Part shown: positions 62,270-64,000 of the stretch, in pieces
Layout: every line of letters begins with the position of its first letter
Numbering within the stretch: the stretch's first letter is position 1
Source: Bacteroidota bacterium
GTDB taxonomy: Bacteria > Bacteroidota > Bacteroidia > Bacteroidales > FEN-979
NCBI GenBank assembly: GCA_037138335.1
Contig: JBAXIO010000014.1
Location: forward strand, 2,393 to 66,392
Direction of reading: 5' to 3'
Length of the DNA: 64,000 bases
Program-made: the position numbers and the translations under genes
Notes under the pieces: generated by a model
Database searches by the model: none
The model's input: only the letters and a program-made list of their open reading frames with translations
What the model was told of the DNA's origin: nothing

Positions 62270-64000
62270 ATGACGGCAAAAGTCTCCTTCTCCGGGTTCC
62301 TTCCTACGTATTTATTTTTTCTGGTAGCACTCTTTGGAATTTCAAACAACACAGATGCACAATCAGACGCTTACCTCGAAGCCCAGTTTCAGCCCAGGCT
62401 GGGGAGTGAAACGTATTTTCATTCACTAATGACGAAAGATGGAAAGAAACTGATCAAACTATCATCCTGGGTAGGTTCAAAGGGCGGAAAGTTTCCTATA
62501 AACATCTATGATCTGAATCAGTTTAAGCTGATTTCTCAAATCGTCGATACTACTTCTGTTTATACAGCCATCGCCCTATTAAAAGATTCCAAACGCTTGT
62601 ATGTGCAGTCTTATCGCAATGAAAGCTTTTTTAAGGGCTCAGCCTGGAGTAGCTTTTGGGATATCGAAAATTTAAAAAAAATCAACGAGCTTCCATTATT
62701 TTATATGAACAACTTCAGTGTAAATAACCGTGGAACCAAAATCCTGATATCTAAAAGAAAAGAAAAGACAATAGTCACTTCCACACTTACAGATACCATT
62801 CTACAATTTGAACAAAAGGGTGATGTGTATTTCTGTAAAAATGATTCGAACCTGCTGTGCAGAGAAATCTGGGACAACAAACTCATATTAAGGGATGTGA
62901 AAAACGCTGCAATCATTGATATGTGGACCCTCCAAAAGCCATTAAAGGATTTCATGGAACCATTGCAATTAGCTCCCGATACAAAGCATTTTATCGTTGG
63001 TGTTTATATCAATGACAATGAACATGCGCTTCTTTATGGAGTAATTGAAAATGATAAAATCAAAATAATCTCCAAATGGTATACTAAGAAAATTGGCCAT
63101 CATTGTTTGATTGCTGAAGATTTGCAATCATGCTATATTATAAACTCAAATACCTTATCGAAATACAGTCTGCCAAATGGTGATTTAATATACGAGCAAG
63201 ACCTTTTCCCCTTTGATAAAAGATTTGCCTCTTTATTTACAGGCATTGTTAACAAAGAGATTGCAGACATAATCAGCATTAAAAACGGGGACTACCTCTT
63301 CCTAACCGACAACTATAACGTAAGTTACATATTCTCGACAAAGAACAGGAAAGTTGAAGCCTATATGTATACATATGGCGCAAAGGATTATGCTTTTGTC
63401 ACCCCTGACGGACGAATGGAAGGCACTGCCGGAGCCATTGAAAATCTCAGGTGGCGTAGTCCGGGCGGTGCAAAAATCCCTCTCGAAGCGACCTATGACC
63501 AGATGTATACGCCCAACTTAATGGCAAGTATTTTTGCAGGAACACTGGAAAAGAGCACAGTCAATCTAAATGATATAATGAAGTTTACACCTGAAATAAA
63601 GATTTCAAGTCCAACTTCCGAATCAAAAACCACATCATCATTGCTTCCGATTGTGTGTGAACTGAAAGCAAATGGTGATGAAATCGATAAGGTACGAATC
63701 TATGTAAATGATAAACTGGTCAGCGACGAAACCCGCGGAATGAAAGCGATTGGGAACAACGTCACATATAACGTGACACTGCTTCCCGGCGTCAATTCAG
63801 TGAAAGCCATTGCCATCACAAAAAATGGCTACCAGAGCGCTGCAGCAGAAGTAACTGTCAATTATAGCGGAACTGTTGCAGAAGCCAGGTTGTTTGTAAT
63901 AGCAATTGGAATTGACAAATATAAAAACCCGGCTTATGCCCTGAATTTTGCCGTGGCGGATGCATCTTCCTTTGCTGAACGGATTAAAACCTCGGGCTCG
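62270..64000 (+). CDS. Secreted large protein: repeat/propeller-like N-terminal region + Ig-like module + caspase (C14) domain. 3'-truncated by the window edge
   Basis: It is not in the ORF track because it is open-ended. My translation from ATG 62270 has no stop through 64000 (577 codons). The signal peptide ends ...NNTDAQ. Later come ...YAFVTPDGRMEG..., VRIYVNDKLV...VTVNYSG, and the caspase domain start RLFVIAIGIDKYKNPAYALNFAVADASSFAERI. Confidence 0.7.
   Translation, partial: MTAKVSFSGFLPTYLFFLVALFGISNNTDAQSDAYLEAQFQPRLGSETYFHSLMTKDGKKLIKLSSWVGSKGGKFPINIYDLNQFKLISQIVDTTSVYTAIALLKDSKRLYVQSYRNESFFKGSAWSSFWDIENLKKINELPLFYMNNFSVNNRGTKILISKRKEKTIVTSTLTDTILQFEQKGDVYFCKNDSNLLCREIWDNKLILRDVKNAAIIDMWTLQKPLKDFMEPLQLAPDTKHFIVGVYINDNEHALLYGVIENDKIKIISKWYTKKIGHHCLIAEDLQSCYIINSNTLSKYSLPNGDLIYEQDLFPFDKRFASLFTGIVNKEIADIISIKNGDYLFLTDNYNVSYIFSTKNRKVEAYMYTYGAKDYAFVTPDGRMEGTAGAIENLRWRSPGGAKIPLEATYDQMYTPNLMASIFAGTLEKSTVNLNDIMKFTPEIKISSPTSESKTTSSLLPIVCELKANGDEIDKVRIYVNDKLVSDETRGMKAIGNNVTYNVTLLPGVNSVKAIAITKNGYQSAAAEVTVNYSGTVAEARLFVIAIGIDKYKNPAYALNFAVADASSFAERIKTSGS

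Overview
This 64-kb window looks like a Bacteroidota chromosome segment. The evidence is six T9SS type-A C-terminal sorting domains (five on full-length cargo genes, one orphan remnant), many TAnnTTTG -7 promoter boxes, the DUF6089-like/uppS/bamA/ompH/ompH synteny, and a FISUMP-domain protein. Most of it is densely packed housekeeping.

Housekeeping content:
- A peroxide/oxygen detoxification cluster: bcp, a glutathione peroxidase, rubredoxin and rubrerythrin.
- Three different 2-oxoacid oxidising systems: a fused BCKDH-like E1 alpha/beta, KorAB with a small ferredoxin, and SucA/SucB.
- Envelope biogenesis genes: lpxH, dsbD, bamA, two ompH/skp, uppS, a second Omp85 protein and lgt.
- Other core genes: tilS, nadB, nadK, rsgA, dprA and one tRNA-Gln(TTG).

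Two small genes are missing from the ORF track and were found by hand: rubredoxin (2481..2642) and a 2x[4Fe-4S] ferredoxin (9952..10119, minus strand). I saw no rRNA, CRISPR array, transposase or integrase.

Accessory-looking parts:
- A visibly AT-richer segment directly 3' of tRNA-Gln (about 46.3-50.35 kb). It encodes only secreted proteins.
- A run of T9SS cargo genes interleaved with an orphan solute-binding protein and a hybrid histidine kinase (50.5-59.2 kb).
- At the window end, a three-gene module in which every protein carries a signal peptide (59.6->64 kb). It combines a CsgG-like/TPR/SH3b protein with two caspase-family (C14) proteins.

The caspase module is my best candidate for an undescribed system. 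It is cut by the window edge.

Other oddities are four intergenic 7-8-nt tandem-repeat arrays in two sequence families, a perfect 33-nt palindrome abutting the tRNA, a stand-alone CHASE2 sensor coupled to a secreted protein, a Cys-less FGE-sulfatase/OmpA fusion, and a T9SS cargo gene inserted between sucA and sucB.

All family assignments come from motif recognition by eye. No searches were run.
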